Assembly (NCBI RefSeq): GCF_037042905.1
Contig: NC_087252.1
Coordinates: 27,282,001-27,346,000, forward strand
DNA length: 64,000 nucleotides
Source of the DNA: Lytechinus pictus
Lineage: Eukaryota
Reading direction: 5' to 3'
In this document: positions 28,630 through 42,200 of the stretch, piece after piece
How the letters are laid out: every line of letters starts with the position of its first letter
How positions within the stretch are numbered: the first letter of the stretch is position 1
The notes under the pieces: model-generated
The model's database searches: none
What the model was told of the DNA's origin: nothing
What the model saw: the letters and a program-made list of their open reading frames with translations, nothing else
Translations under genes and position numbers: made by a program

Positions 28630-28948
28630 TAAGATTGTGTGTTACATATAGTGCATAATATAATCAGCATTTAAGCATGGCTCTCAGGGGGTGTTGCAAA
28701 AAAATATTTGCATCAATTTAAAATTTCTGCTGCTAATCTACGATTAATATATCAATTGTAACTATCTAAATTACCACTAGTTTCAAGAAGTAGACCTGAA
28801 ATCAATTTGCCTGTAATTGCCAGACTTGTGACTGATTTCGTGACCTAAATATGACTTGCAATTGATTGCAAGTTTCTTGCGACGCCCCATTAGTCACACT
28901 TTTGTCACTCTTTGTGAAACACCCTCTGTTCTTTTTCCGTGCATGCAG

Positions 28949-29035
28949 GTTGTACCCACCATGAAAATGGAGCAGTTTGTGTATGTGACAGGCGGTTCAA
29001 GAGAAACTACAACAAGTATTATCTCATGTGTGTTG
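28949..29035 (+). CDS. Gene A coding exon 2: (R)CTHHENGAVCVCDRRFKRNYNKYYLMCV(G)
   Basis: Acceptor ctgttctttttccgtgcatgcag|GT; phase-compatible; C-x8-C-x-C-x14-C spacing identical to genes B and C; donor G|gtaagt at 29036. Confidence 0.88.
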
Positions 29036-29069
29036 GTAAGTTAATCGGACTGGTTACCATTTTTACAGA

Positions 29070-29471
29070 TTAAAGCTAAATGAACGTAGTTGCAGTAAAA
29101 GACTGATTTCGTGAGAAAGTCTGTAAAACCAATGTAAAGTATTGATATATCATCGTGGATCTAGATCTGGTACAGTTACATAAATTGAACTTTGTGAAGT
29201 CATAATATCTAGCTAAAAAACGATCACACTGAAGAACGCCAACAAAGATAGGCACACGTGGGACAGTCTATTATTATCGCTGGAATAAAGACCCGACGGA
29301 AGTGACCAAATCCGCGCTTATTTTGCTTATCTCTCAGCAATTACACAATTATTTCCAGAATCCTTTGGCACATATTTTTTATTCATACAAACAGACACTT
29401 TGGTGATCATTATATTAAATTCTGTATAAAGTCATTTTGAGATCGTTCCCACAACTGGAATTTATCTTTAA
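29070..29471. mobile_element. TTAA-flanked non-autonomous DNA transposon (partial second copy at ~8605-8761)
   Basis: ttaaagctaaat ... atttatctttaa termini; right half repeated at 8605-8761. Confidence 0.7.
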
Positions 29472-29486
29472 ATGAAAATTCGTTCA

Positions 29487-29613
29487 GGGCCCCGCAACAC
29501 GAAGGTTGGCGATTCATCGTACGCTTGATTTTCATGATTGTACACTGTAGTCTATGCAATCAATCATATAAGAATGTTCTACGATCATTGCTAAGCTTTG
29601 TGTCACGGGCCCC
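29487..29613. mobile_element. Short ~130-bp MITE (copies at ~7408-7540 and ~51015-51160)
   Basis: Shared ggtt(a/g)gcgatt...cgcttgatttt...atgcaatcaatc...aagctttgtgt core with short inverted termini. Confidence 0.7.
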
Positions 29614-29638
29614 AGTTATTCGAAAAGTATACATAACA

Positions 29639-29919
29639 GGGCCCCGTCTTACAAAGAGGTACGATTGATTAGATCGACCTGAAGTATAATATATGGAAAT
29701 CCATCAATGTCATAATTCTTTTATTTCTACAGCAAATTTTCAAAATGTCCTTTGTAAAGAAAAAAGACACACACGGATTTTTCAAAAATTCGAACGTATG
29801 AATCGACTATATATCACATCTAAAAAATATTCTTCACATTCAGTTTAGATGTTGACGTTGATGGCTTTCCATAGTTGTGGTTGATCGGATCAATCGTAAC
29901 TCTTTGTAAGACGGGGCCC
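29639..29919. mobile_element. MITE (second copy at 47069-47324, in the gene B intron)
   Basis: gggccccgtcttacaaagag ... ctctttgtaagacggggccc TIRs; internal homology between the two copies. Confidence 0.85.
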
Positions 29920-31010
29920 AGGAGTTGTGATTTCATCCAATTAAACATGTAGATCGACATAGCCGGTTACATGAAAATTCGCGTTTGATCACAGCAACAT
30001 AAAATCGATCACATGTCCAAAATGGACGCTTCTGATTGGCCTGTTGCAGGAAGAGTTGCAATCGAGCACGAGTACAGAAGTTAAGCGTAGCTGGATATAC
30101 AATTCATCAGAAAGCGTGGATTTAAAATTTGTGCTTATGTTTTTCATAGTCATGATAGTTGTGTTCAAATGCACTTCCTCCTGCAACGAGCTCCAGATCT
30201 GTCCTGATGAAATATTGTAATAACCTTCTGATGTTTTAAATTCATGTATACTAGTCAATATTTGAAAACGATATCATATATGTTTCTCTTTTTAAAATAT
30301 TTGAATGTATGCAAGGAAGATTGAGTTACATACTACGTTTTCGGGGGTTGATGTGAATCTTTTACCCTCCTTTTCCTTCACAAAAAAAAGAAATAAGGAA
30401 AGTACATAAATCCCTTGTATCAATTTGAAAATGATATCATATTTAGCTTACGGTCATTGTAAAGGCTTTCCATCCTTTGTAGGCTTCGAATGTATCGTAA
30501 TGATAATGATGATAGTAATGATAATAATGATAGCAATAATAATAATAGTAATTATTAGATAACTCTCAGGACCTACATTACATAACATGTAATTATTACC
30601 CTTTTACATTCTCACACATAGAGCGCCTGACAAGAAGGCAGAAGGTCCCATTTTAAGAGTCTTTGGCATGACTCGGCCGGGGTTCGTACCAACGACCTCC
30701 CGTTAATCATGAGGCGGGTGCTCTACCACTGAGCCACCACGTCCACCATCAAAAAAGAAGAAGATAGAACTACTTTACGATTTCGGGTTTGGAGGGAGGT
30801 GTTCCGAAACATTTTAACGTACCCGCCTTTTCCTTCTCAAAAGTTTATGGGAAAGTACATCGATTAATTCCCTGTATCTTCCTTCCATAATGAAATCTTG
30901 TATCCACTCCTGTCGTTAAATTAAGGGTATTCAGACAGAGATAACTGACACTAATACACTGTTATCTTTATAGATTTGATTGTGTTTCCATATTTTCATT
31001 TCGTGCACAG

Positions 31011-31033
31011 GCCAGGGAGCTGGAAATATCTAA
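31011..31033 (+). CDS. Gene A terminal coding exon: (G)QGAGNI-stop
   Basis: Acceptor tattttcatttcgtgcacag|GC; phase 1; gives CVGQGAGNI*, which aligns without gaps to CGGQNLNQI* of gene B. Confidence 0.72.
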
Positions 31034-33564
31034 ACACCGACGCAGTCAGAATGATACCATGACGTCACCAAAGCGTAAACCAATCAATGGGTTCGGTTTC
31101 TGATGCCAGTCTCAAATGGGCGGGAACATGATTTACATCAACACTTTACCTGTCTACATCACAAGTGATGAGAGCATAACCTAATACCTTTTAGAAAGGA
31201 GGAGGGGGGGAACGTTATCAAACACGTTTCGGTTTATATTCACATTTCCTGTGCCTTATTTTTCTTTTGCTGGGGGGGGGGGGGGGAGCTGGAGTACAAA
31301 AGTAAAGATTTTACCTCTGTTTATGTATTATTATTGTAAAGTTATGTACTTCTTAAATTATCATCATTATTTATGATTGTAAAGAAAGAATGTCAGTTCA
31401 TTATATTAAAGACGATATGGTTCTAAGGAAATATCTTGTGTGGCTTTTGCATTTCTAAATGGTACGGTTAACGTTTCTACTGCTGTTGGCCTCGTTTATA
31501 GGCCGATTGTTATTTTATGTCATAATTATTATTGCCATTCATTTTTGTTTCATCATTATCGTTGTGATGACTTTAATCAATAATGATATCATCGTTAACG
31601 TAATTTTCCTTATCAAGCTTGTTACCATTAAAATCAACTCTACGTTTATTGTCATTTTCCCCTAAATTTTTTATATTAATATTCCGCATGTCATAAATAA
31701 GTACATCTTTGAACACTTTACACATTATCGCCCGAGTCATAGGTTCCCTGCTCACCCCAAAACAACGTACATGTAATACTTTCTCAAGGTAAATTGACAA
31801 TTCGTCTACTGCCAACTCGTCAACTCACCACATGGTCTACATTCATTTAGTTTTTAATGCCATTCTGTCCGACAACATTTCTTCTAACAACCATTTGATC
31901 CAATCATCACTTCGTCTAGTCACCACTGCGTCTATTGCCATTTCGTCTCACAACCAATTGATCTAATATCCATTTTATTTTCATTCACTTTGCCCGATTA
32001 ACGCTTAATCAAATTAGACCAAAGTGGGCTAAATGGCTATTGGACCAAATGGTTATTAGACGAAATGGTGAGAGGACGAAATGGAAAGTAGAGCATATGG
32101 ATATTGGACGCACTGATGGTAGACCAGTTGGCAATTGGACGAATTTGCATAAAACCAAATGAATATAACCGCTTTCTCCACTCCATGGGAAGCATTCCAG
32201 TCCTAGTTTTCAACCTCAGCTGCTAGGATTATTAGGTCATGTAAGTAGGCTCTCTTATCACTTTCAAAGTGGACTATGGTGGGATTAGAACACACGACCC
32301 TCTGATTAAATGGTGACAGTAGGAACCACTTCACCACGACCTACTACATATAATCGTCTCTTACAATATTATCTAAACTTGGTTTAAGAAATACAATTTA
32401 GTTTTATATCTCCATTGTTGTCGTCTCGAACACCACCCCGTATTTTCATTTTAATCTGTATCTCTGTTATCACAATCTAGTTCTGGTTTTGTCATATCTA
32501 CGCCGGAAATGTCTACCACAATGACTGAATTGTACTATTGGCAATTACTGTCATAAGACGATGATTGAGCGCATAGTACTCACTTTTTCCTATTTTCCTT
32601 ATGGTTCCATCAACTAAATGGTCGTCAAACTCTCCCTTGGAGCTCATATCATTCTCGTCACGGCTTGTTATCGTCTTCCCGCATGAACGAGTCCGATGAT
32701 GAGCGTTACGACAAAGACCACGCACGACCTCCAGACTCTCTCCTTCGATATCAATAACAACTACCCCGCACAGAATCAGATACGGTCCACAGGCCACGCC
32801 CCCTCCTTGCACACGACACGGTGAACGCCTCACTGGCTACCGTTCACCGCACGGATCTATTACGACACGCCTTCCAGCAGCGTGTATCGAAGGATACGCT
32901 TCGTAAGACACGCCTATGAGGACAGGGTATTATTGTTTACGGTTGGTGAATGACGCCTACAATATCGTTTCGAAGATATATTTCCTTAAGAAAATCCAAG
33001 TAGCAACCAACATTGCCCCAAGAATCGGAGGCATGACACTGCTCCCGGTAGTTCTATGTAGGTTACAAAGTTTAACAGGAAGTTCAATATTTTTTTTAAT
33101 TGCTAAAACGTATCATTAAATGTAAATGGTATTTCACGATTGATAGTCTGGCAGTGCAAAAGCCAAAGATAATACGATTTGCGTCAAAAAGAATAGCAAA
33201 TAACTACCCATAAACACACACACAAAATACAATTTAAATGCAACACTGAGAGCTAGCTATGTGGTATATCGTGACACTGAGAAAAGCCTTCTGCACCTTT
33301 AAATGTGCCTTAAACTACACTATGGTGCTAAGTTGAAGGAGTACCCTTTACAGACAGCGCAAATTTGCATCGTCTTGGAACACGAATTTATGAACCCTAG
33401 AGGCCATTGGTGCAAAGTTTGCAACGTTCAAGGTAAGAATCGGTATTTCCGGTTCAAACAGTATACGTAACTTCTTACCAATCGTACACGATTACAACCC
33501 AAAATGGGTCTGTCAGTGTTGACACATATTATTTTTTTTTTCTTTTCTTCTTAATGTAGAAAAT

Positions 33565-33598
<34 letters not shown>

Positions 33599-34619
33599 TT
33601 ATATAGATATACCAACTCAAAGATCACATTGATCACATTTTTTATTATATGTGACGGTCACCGATGAGCAGCTGCCCATATATCATGCGATATTGATTAC
33701 ATAAATTGTCTAAATAATGAATTTAATATTTTTCAATACAAGTCATGTCCATTTTCCCAATCATAAAGGACAAAGAAAAACAAACACACTCTGTAATAAC
33801 GCATAAAAGCTGGGGCAACAATCACATGTGTTTAACCTGAATCTGGAGACGTCTGTGTGTACGTTTGAGAATCTACCGGCAATCGGTGACGTTATAAATT
33901 GAAAAGACGTTAGGAGTGCAATCAAATATTACAGCTCAATCTAACATTATATTTTCAGTCCTTTGAAATGTAAAAAAAGAGGAACGTTCACGTTTTACCT
34001 AACGTTTCGCTTGTCAGTTAAAGAGTACCGAAGCGATGCCGTCAGTTACGAGTTACCATGGTGTCATAGTGTCATGGCGGCCTGGTTCTAAACAAATGAA
34101 CCCGGAGCGTATATTCCTCATAGGAGAAAATGGCTGCTATCGGAATTTCATCGCTCGCAACCTCAGAATGATGGTAAATTTTGCAAATACAAATATAGAC
34201 GATCGTCAGCTGCGACTCTGTTTAGAACCAGCCGGTTCGTTGTCATGACAGTGACGTCACACTTCGGTACTCTATAGTATAGTGTTTTTGCACTGCGGCG
34301 CAGAACGGATTCAAGGACATAGATTACGTATTGTCAAATGCCCTTCTTATAGACAGAGTAACCTATAAGTCTTTGTCGCGAATTGTTGATTCAAGACAGC
34401 ACTTTCCTCATGGACTATGGACAAACAGTGTTTTTAGAGTGCACCCACCCCGAACACACACTGTATTATACCCTTTTTTTTCTTTTCATTTAACCTCTTC
34501 GGGCTTCAGTTCACCATAATATACACAGTAAAAATGTTGTTTACACAACGCCATTTACTATATGAACCTTAAACAGTATAAAAAAATGTTCAATTTATTC
34601 TGAATTTTTTTTTTTTTAA

Positions 34620-34919
34620 TAATAATAATATTAATAGACAGTTCTTGTATAGCGCATAACACATTATAAATAACGTCTCTATGCGCTTCCAAAGGACTTT
34701 GATATTATTACCCTGGCTTTAGCCCCGCAGCCTTTTACAGCGCTGGGGCGTTTCAAGGAATAAATTCCTGCCAGGTACCCATTCACCTCACCTGGGTTGG
34801 GTGCAGCACAATGTGAATACATTTCTTGCTGAAGGAAACTACGCAATGGCTGGGATTTTTTGAACCCACGACCCTCTGTTTCAAAGTCCGGAGACTAATC
34901 CACTGGGCCACAACGCTCC
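34620..34919 (-). mobile_element. tRNA-derived SINE, same family as 7845-8124, nested in a MITE (34523-35001)
   Basis: Extensive identity to 7845-8124; flanked by tacacagtaaaa...ttttactgtgta inverted termini. Confidence 0.85.
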
Positions 34920-35265
34920 ACAAACATTTGTCTTTAGTGTTTAAATACTACTGGAAGGTTAAAATAGTTTTATTTTAAAAAATACGAGTGTTTTACTGTG
35001 TAACCTTCCGACCTCTTAACATCCACTCCAAGGAAATCTGATGATAAACTCTGTCTAATTGAATTAAAAGGAATTATCAACTGCACATCGTTACATAAGA
35101 TGATCAATTATCTATTTCAAAGATGACCAGACTTTTTTTATCATAGTGAGAGAAACTCACTGGTATACTTTTTTACTAGTTGAATTTTACTGGCACCACT
35201 GGCTAGATATCGTATGCTTTGAGTTGATTGAACATAAATGACTTCATGAAAATTCGTTTTGAATC

Positions 35266-35856
35266 TTAAAGGAGAATGAAACTCTTGGAGCAAGTTAGCT
35301 TTTGTGAAAGCAGAAAAATCAAAGAATAAGATCAACAAAACTTTGAGAAAAATAGGACGAGCAATAAAAGAGTTATGAGCATTTGAATGTCGAGATCACT
35401 AATGCTATGGAGATCCTCCCATTGGCAATGCGACCAAGATCTGTGATGTCACACACGTACAACTCTCCCATTTGGACACTGAAAATATACCCCAAAACAT
35501 CTCTTTTTGCTCATTCTAATCATATGACAAACGATTCATCAATGATATAATGTTGTGAAACCTCTGTACTTGTCATCTCATAAAGAGAACACCTCACCTT
35601 GTGATAGACTCCATAAAAGTGAGAATATAAGTGAAATAAGTACTAAAGTAATGAGGGAGTTGTACGTGTGTGATATCACAGATCTTGGTCGCATTGCCGT
35701 TGGGAGGATCTACATGGCACTAGTGATCTCAATATTCGAATGCTCATAACTTTCTTATTATTCATTCAATCTTCCTCAAACTTTCAACAATATGTTTCTT
35801 TGATTTTTCTCTTTGATATGGATTCAGCTGGTTTCAAGGGTTTCATTCTCCTTTAA
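35266..35856. mobile_element. TTAA-flanked palindromic MITE
   Basis: ttaaaggagaatgaaac ... gtttcattctcctttaa; ~200-bp inverted arms. Confidence 0.85.
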
Positions 35857-36344
35857 GAAGTAAAATTTGAACTTTCGTGTCATTTGCGAGAAACCCCTTT
35901 TTTTTTGCTTCGTGTCAACATGAACATTCAATGAAATGGCAGAGTTCTTTATTTAATAAAAGGTATTTGTTTCAGGATCGTGTTGCACTATTTGCTGAAT
36001 TGTACAAATATTTTACAGTTAAAGTAGAAACACAACAAAACGTCATGTTGGTAAATGATGTTATAAAAATAACGAGCATGAGAACCAACATTAAATCGTT
36101 ACAATTCACATGAAAACCATCGCCCATGAACACAGCACTTCAAACGATAATCGTGAATTTGGGCGGATTCTATGTAGACCTAATAAATATTTTAAAAGTA
36201 GTAGGGAGATCATATGACATATTATTATTATTATATTATATATAAACGATTTTGACTGGGATATAATGCAGCTATAGGTAATGATGTCACGCCCCTCACA
36301 TGTTTATTTTAGTATAAGAATTGCAACAATTATAACGGCTCGGT

Positions 36345-36730
36345 GTAAAAATGGCAGAGCTAAAAATGGCAAAGGTAAAAATGGCACAGGTAAAAATGGC
36401 AAAGGTAAAAATGGCAGAGGTAAAAATGGCAATGGTAAAAGTGGCAGAGGTAAAAATGGCAGAGGTAATAATGGCAGAGGTAAAAATGGCTGAGGTAAAA
36501 ATGGCAGAGGTAAAAATGGCAAAGGTAAAAATGGCAGAGGTAAAAATGGCAATGGTAAAAATGGCAGAGGTAAAAATGGCAGAGGTAAAAATGGCAAAGA
36601 TAAAAATGGCAGAGGTATAAATGGCAGAGGTAAAATGACAAAGGTAAAAATGGCAGAGGTAAAAATGGCAAAGGTAAAAATGGCAGAGGGAATAATGGCA
36701 GAGGTAAAAATGGCTGAGGTAAAAATGATA
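36345..36730 (+). repeat. 15-bp minisatellite (GGTAAAAATGGCAGA)n
   Basis: About 25 direct units; source of the AEVKM/GKNGR/LPLPF pseudo-ORFs. Confidence 0.95.
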
Positions 36731-38104
36731 ACACTTGAGTTGGTATTTTTTTTTCCTGGACTTACATCCACGGCCTTCTCATTTCAAATCGCTCTTCTAA
36801 TATTCAAATTTGAAGCACACTTTTGATCCCAAGTATTGTACAGGGGAAATTCACACTGACATAAAGTGTATTGTAAAAATATCAGAAAATAATTAAAATG
36901 ATATTGGTGAGGGTCTTAGGGAATCCATCGAAGATTTAAAAAGCTATTAGAATTTTAAATTTTAATGGGGACGTCATTTGCGAGCAGTTTTCCCCCATAT
37001 ATGGTGTAATAAAAAGTATCAATAAAATGTCATTTTCTAGAAAAAAAAATTAAAATGGTTTTTATTGTACCTTAAGTATGTCAACATATCCGCTCCTAAA
37101 AGAGTTTTTTAGCATTCATGAACCACTGATTAAAAAACTTAAAAGTATACATTTTGGTGCATAAAATACGGGGCAGTTGTTAGTATATGACGTTACAGAT
37201 CAAAGACTCAAACTTGTAATTACTTTCCTAATCTTTGATAGGTTTTCCGCAAACCTTCACCAATATATTGTCTGCTATTTTTATTTGTCGGGGTGAATTT
37301 CCCCTTCAAAACAGGTCGATAGAATGGTACCTAAGAAACACCTATAAATTTAAATCCCTGATTCGCTACACATTTCAGAATTCATGCGGTACCCGTTACC
37401 ATAGATACCAGTTTAGGAACCCGACATCCACTTAGACTAGCTGCAATTATGAGGTATTGCTCTGAAAAAATGAACACTGGTTGCTATTATTATATCATTT
37501 ACATTAAACTTTATATCCTACATAGAGTAAATCCTGTATAGTGATTGGTTCAAGTAGCATCATGTGACCTAACATATTTCAACTATAATGTTGCGTGACG
37601 TCAGACCTCGATATATTTTTGGATATATCGGGGTCTGACGTCATTATTTCGCAAAACTGGATATCTAGCTAAACTCTCGGGCGCACCGGCCAGCGCGCTC
37701 TCTCTCCCGGGCAAGTCCAGCGATGCGTCGGCGCAGGCACTAATCTGCATTCCGCTGAGCGCGGCGGCTCGGAGAAAAGTAGGTATTTCAACTCAAGTAA
37801 CCGGACTTCGCAAGCTCAACATATAGATATATATATTTAATATAGATTATCAAAAGTAGGATATAAAACAAATATACCAGGCGTTTCATTCGCAAGCATA
37901 TTGGGAATTATTAATCCTCGGTTGGACTCACTGGCAAAACTACTATATTTCCCTCGGGGCTTCGCCCCTCGGGAAAAATGGTAATTGCCAGACCAACCTC
38001 GGATAAATAATTCCACTATACTTTCTCAAAGCCTGATATATTTGTTCAATATATAGTAGACCGGCCAAACGTCAAAAAGGGCTCCTGGTAAGGATTCGAC
38101 GGCG

Positions 38105-39200
38105 AAATTTGTTAATGCTTGGCATCCCAGCTAAAAGTCTTGCTAAAATACCAAGGAATGGCGTACGGCCGGATGCCAAGCGCACTTTTGCGTGAAAGTG
38201 TCATTTTAGCGTGAAATCTGAAAGAATGTCGAAAATCACGCATTTTTATATTTTGACGGAATAGGTTAAAATTTTGATTACCTTTGATATGCGATCCTTT
38301 TTATTTGAATTTTCAAATTATAAGTCAGATAAATATACATTTCAAATTTGAATATTACACACACGTTTATGGCGCAGTGAAACATAAAAACGCGATTTCC
38401 TCAAAACAAAAGTTTGTGAAAACTATCAATAGTTTGACGTTTTTTACACAACTTAAATTCTTCGATTTAAATGCGTTTACCCATTGAATGTATAGTAAAT
38501 GTCCTAATGTTACAAATATTACAAGAATTTTCAATTAAGATGGAACATATCTCATTTTATGTTATCCGAAAAGGGTTAATGTATATTTTACCAGGTGCGC
38601 ATTTTGAATTAAAAATTAAACATACCGTTCATTATGTACATAATTACATGTATAAAGTACATACTAAAAGTTTGTATACTTTGGAAGTTTGGATAGCAAA
38701 ATTTGTCATATCTTGGCATCCCAGCCTAAAGTCTTGCGGAAATACTGAGGAATAACGTACGGGCGGATGCTAAGTGCACTTTTGTGTGAAAGTATCATTT
38801 TCGCGTAAAATCTGAAAGAATGTCGAAAATCACGTATTTTGATATTTTGACGAAATATGTTAAAGTTTTTTATTACATTTTTTTATTTTGATATGCGATC
38901 CTTTTTATTTGAATTTTCAAATTAAATTATACATTTCAAATTGGAATATTACACACATATATATATGGAACACAAAATCTTGATTTACTCAAAATATAAA
39001 TTTGTGAAAACTATCAATAGTATAGAATGTTTGTGTTCCGCATCTCAAATTCGTTCATTTTAACGCGTTCATCGAATAAACACATAATAATTGTTGTCAT
39101 GTCACATATAGCGAAAAAAATTGAAATAAGATGTAAGATATATCATTTTATGTGATCCGAAAGAAAACAATGTACATTTACCGGAAGCGCATGTTTTATA
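38105..39200. repeat. Diverged tandem duplication, period ~590 bp
   Basis: cttggcatcccagc..aaagtcttgc and tctgaaagaatgtcgaaaatcacg recur at ~38118/38712 and ~38217/38811. Confidence 0.8.
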
Positions 39201-42200
39201 AAAACAAACGGCACATAATACATCTATATTGCACATGATTATATACTATTTATACATACAGTATATAGATCAGTGCGATACCCGTCATGATTTGAGGGTT
39301 ATGTTTACGTTTGTAGAGTTATGCTGCTATGTTTATTGAAGAAATAATATCTTTTTGTGAAAATATCAATAAGTATAATCATAAATTTTTCTTGGTCTCT
39401 TGCGTTGCAAGTTAAGATTTTTACTGAGTTCATTTTACATGTTTTACTTGATTATAACAAATTTATGTTTACCTTCAATTTTCGCATTTGCTGTTATCAT
39501 AGGTCCATGCTCATATATCGTAGTCTGAGACAGATAATACTGTACGTGCACAGGTAAAATTATACATTCAATCTATATTACAATATCTGCGCTGGACTCT
39601 AGTTATTAGCCTTTAGATTTGTTTGTCATGATGTTCATACGACTGCATTTTGCAACATGACAATGCATGTGATGAAATGAGATTTGAAAAAAAAGGAGAA
39701 TTAAAATGTGAACTCTAAGAGCCTACTCTTTGGGTATTTCAAACATCTTTCTCCACATTATGAAAACTTTTAGCTCATTCAAATGGTTATAGACCGATCT
39801 ATCTATTATTTCTGGTCTAATGAACTCACTCTAAACAAATATTGGGTAAAAGTGCCCCATGAGGGTAATTATGTGTCCAACCAACATAGGGCATTTCTTT
39901 GGGGCATTTTTATTTATCCAGTGTGATGAAAATTTTGCCCATTCTAAAATAATTGCAATATTTCCGTATTGGGTAAAATACTGCCCCAAATTGGTTGGAC
40001 ACATAATTATCCTCGTGGTTAAAATTTTACCCAATATTTTTTACAGTGCTGATCAATTGAAAGAGACCGTAGTTGCATGAAACAATGCCTTCTAGATTCT
40101 AAAATCAGAAAATTGGGCTATGGACACTGACTTAGGCCTTTTGATAACGATGCATGGAAGTGAGGGGGAGGGGGAAACTTACCCCAAAAAAGTTTCAAGA
40201 AAAAGCATAGAACAACAGAGGGAAAAGAATGGAGAGAGTTGGGGAGGGGGTCAGCGGATTGTCTCGCTTGTCGATTTTGCTTCTCCAGCCCTCTGTTGTT
40301 TATCTCGCTTAATGTCGACGAATCGCTTATTTTCTAAAATTGTCTATTAGCCCTTTCCTCAGTTCCTTGATTGCTTCTTATATCTGAACTCCAATATGAG
40401 GGTCTTGCTCATATAACTTTACAAACTAGATAGAAATGTGCATTTTTTGTTTTCAAATTTATTTATTTATTCATTTATTTAAAATGACCTCAATTGAGCG
40501 TAATATTGTATTTAAAACATTGATTTCTTATTGAACACAAATTCTGCCCTAAATTGAGGCCTTTGTTTAAAAGAATCGGTCACTCAGTACGCTCACCAGC
40601 AGTGCAGCTAGGTATCTGACAAGGCCTAATTAAATAATGAGAGCGCAAAGCGCAAGCAAATTTTTGTTGTATATGCCATGAAATTTAGAGCTGAAAATTA
40701 AACAATACGTAGGTGTAATTATGAAGATGATTCGTATCTAATTATCATATTGAAAACATTCAGACATTTGTAATATTCTGACATGAAAACGGGGCATTTA
40801 ATACACATTTTTTCAATAAGCGCAATCTGTTTTTTTTAATATTCCAATCTGTAAACTGGACAATTTGATGACGTTTTGAAATAAAGAACACTATGTATCT
40901 ATTAAAAAAAAACAGTACAAGCGCGAGCTGCTTTTTTTTTTTAAATCAGAAAGGAAACGTTCTAAGGCGCGATAGCTCAATCGGTAGAGAGGGGATTCCG
41001 GTGACCTGGCTTCGATTCCCACTTGGTGCGCTTGTGCCCTTTGGTAAGGCATTTAAATCCACATTAAAGAACACTCGGAGAGGCCCTTAAGCCGTCGGTC
41101 CTCTGGTTGCTTGCTTACAAACATTCATGCTTAAATGAGGTTGAACAAATCACCACCAAATCATGAACATTATCAGTATCTAATTAAACGATTGATGCGA
41201 GCCCGAACCGTGAGTTGAAAATTTCGAATTAAAACGGAGCATTTTAAACATGTCTTTCATGACAGAAAATGATATATATCTCACTAAACAAAAATGTCAG
41301 CGTGAAGCGCGAGCTAAAATTGGGAGAGACTGAGAGCTAGAAATTGGATATGCTATCACATTTGTTTAATAATTAACTTTATGCGTATTTACCTAAACAA
41401 TGCGAGCGCGAGGGGCAAGCAAAAAACTTTGCATTTTCTAACCTGACAATAGAATGTCTTTTAACAGATAGCAAGCTGTTTATCTCATTTGTAAAAGAAA
41501 AAATGCAAGAGTGAAGCTCAGGTTGAAAATTTATTCGGCATCTTTTGTAATCCTGAGTAGGGTGCCTATCTCGCTAAACTAAAATAGAAAAAAACTCTAA
41601 TATAGTACAGAATATCTTTGGAACAGATTATTTTGAAAACGGGATATTTTCAGCCCCATGTAATTCTTTCGGGCACTACACATGACCTTAGTCAGCGAAG
41701 GGGGGGGGGCATGGTCCTGGGAAGCGGGGGTGCTGGATCACCCCAAGATTTTACTGGGGGTGCTGCGTGTATTATTCTTCATTTGCAGCACCCCCTGGGA
41801 TTCTAATATAAATGTTAAACAAAAGTGCCCCCCTTTCTCGGTCCCAAAGTGACCTTCATTTTTTTAGTGAAATTTTTGTTTTGCTTGTCAAATTTACATC
41901 AGCACCCCCAGTTAAAATATCGTTCACAGGGCCCTGCCCAACCCCCGTGTATTTTGTTTCTCTTGTTCTCTAATCCTATATAGGGGCTCTGATGGCACAA
42001 TCAGCCCAATAGGCACCATCAGCTCAATGAAAGATTCTGAGCTCAATAACCAGTGACTTAATAGATATTTCGTTATTCGGATCGAATATTTTAACAGAAT
42101 GTTCTCGATTGCATAATGCTAGTCCAGGGTCCTGTTGCAGAAAGTGTTGCCTTTAAAAACAACTAAAAATCAACCGCAAGTCACTAACCGTGCATCCCAT

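Noticed and set aside
36281..36826. AEVKM/GKNGR/LPLPF pentapeptide-repeat ORFs (also 43409-43907); superficially array-like
   Set aside because: 15-bp minisatellite open in many frames; no unique spacers, so neither a protein nor a CRISPR array
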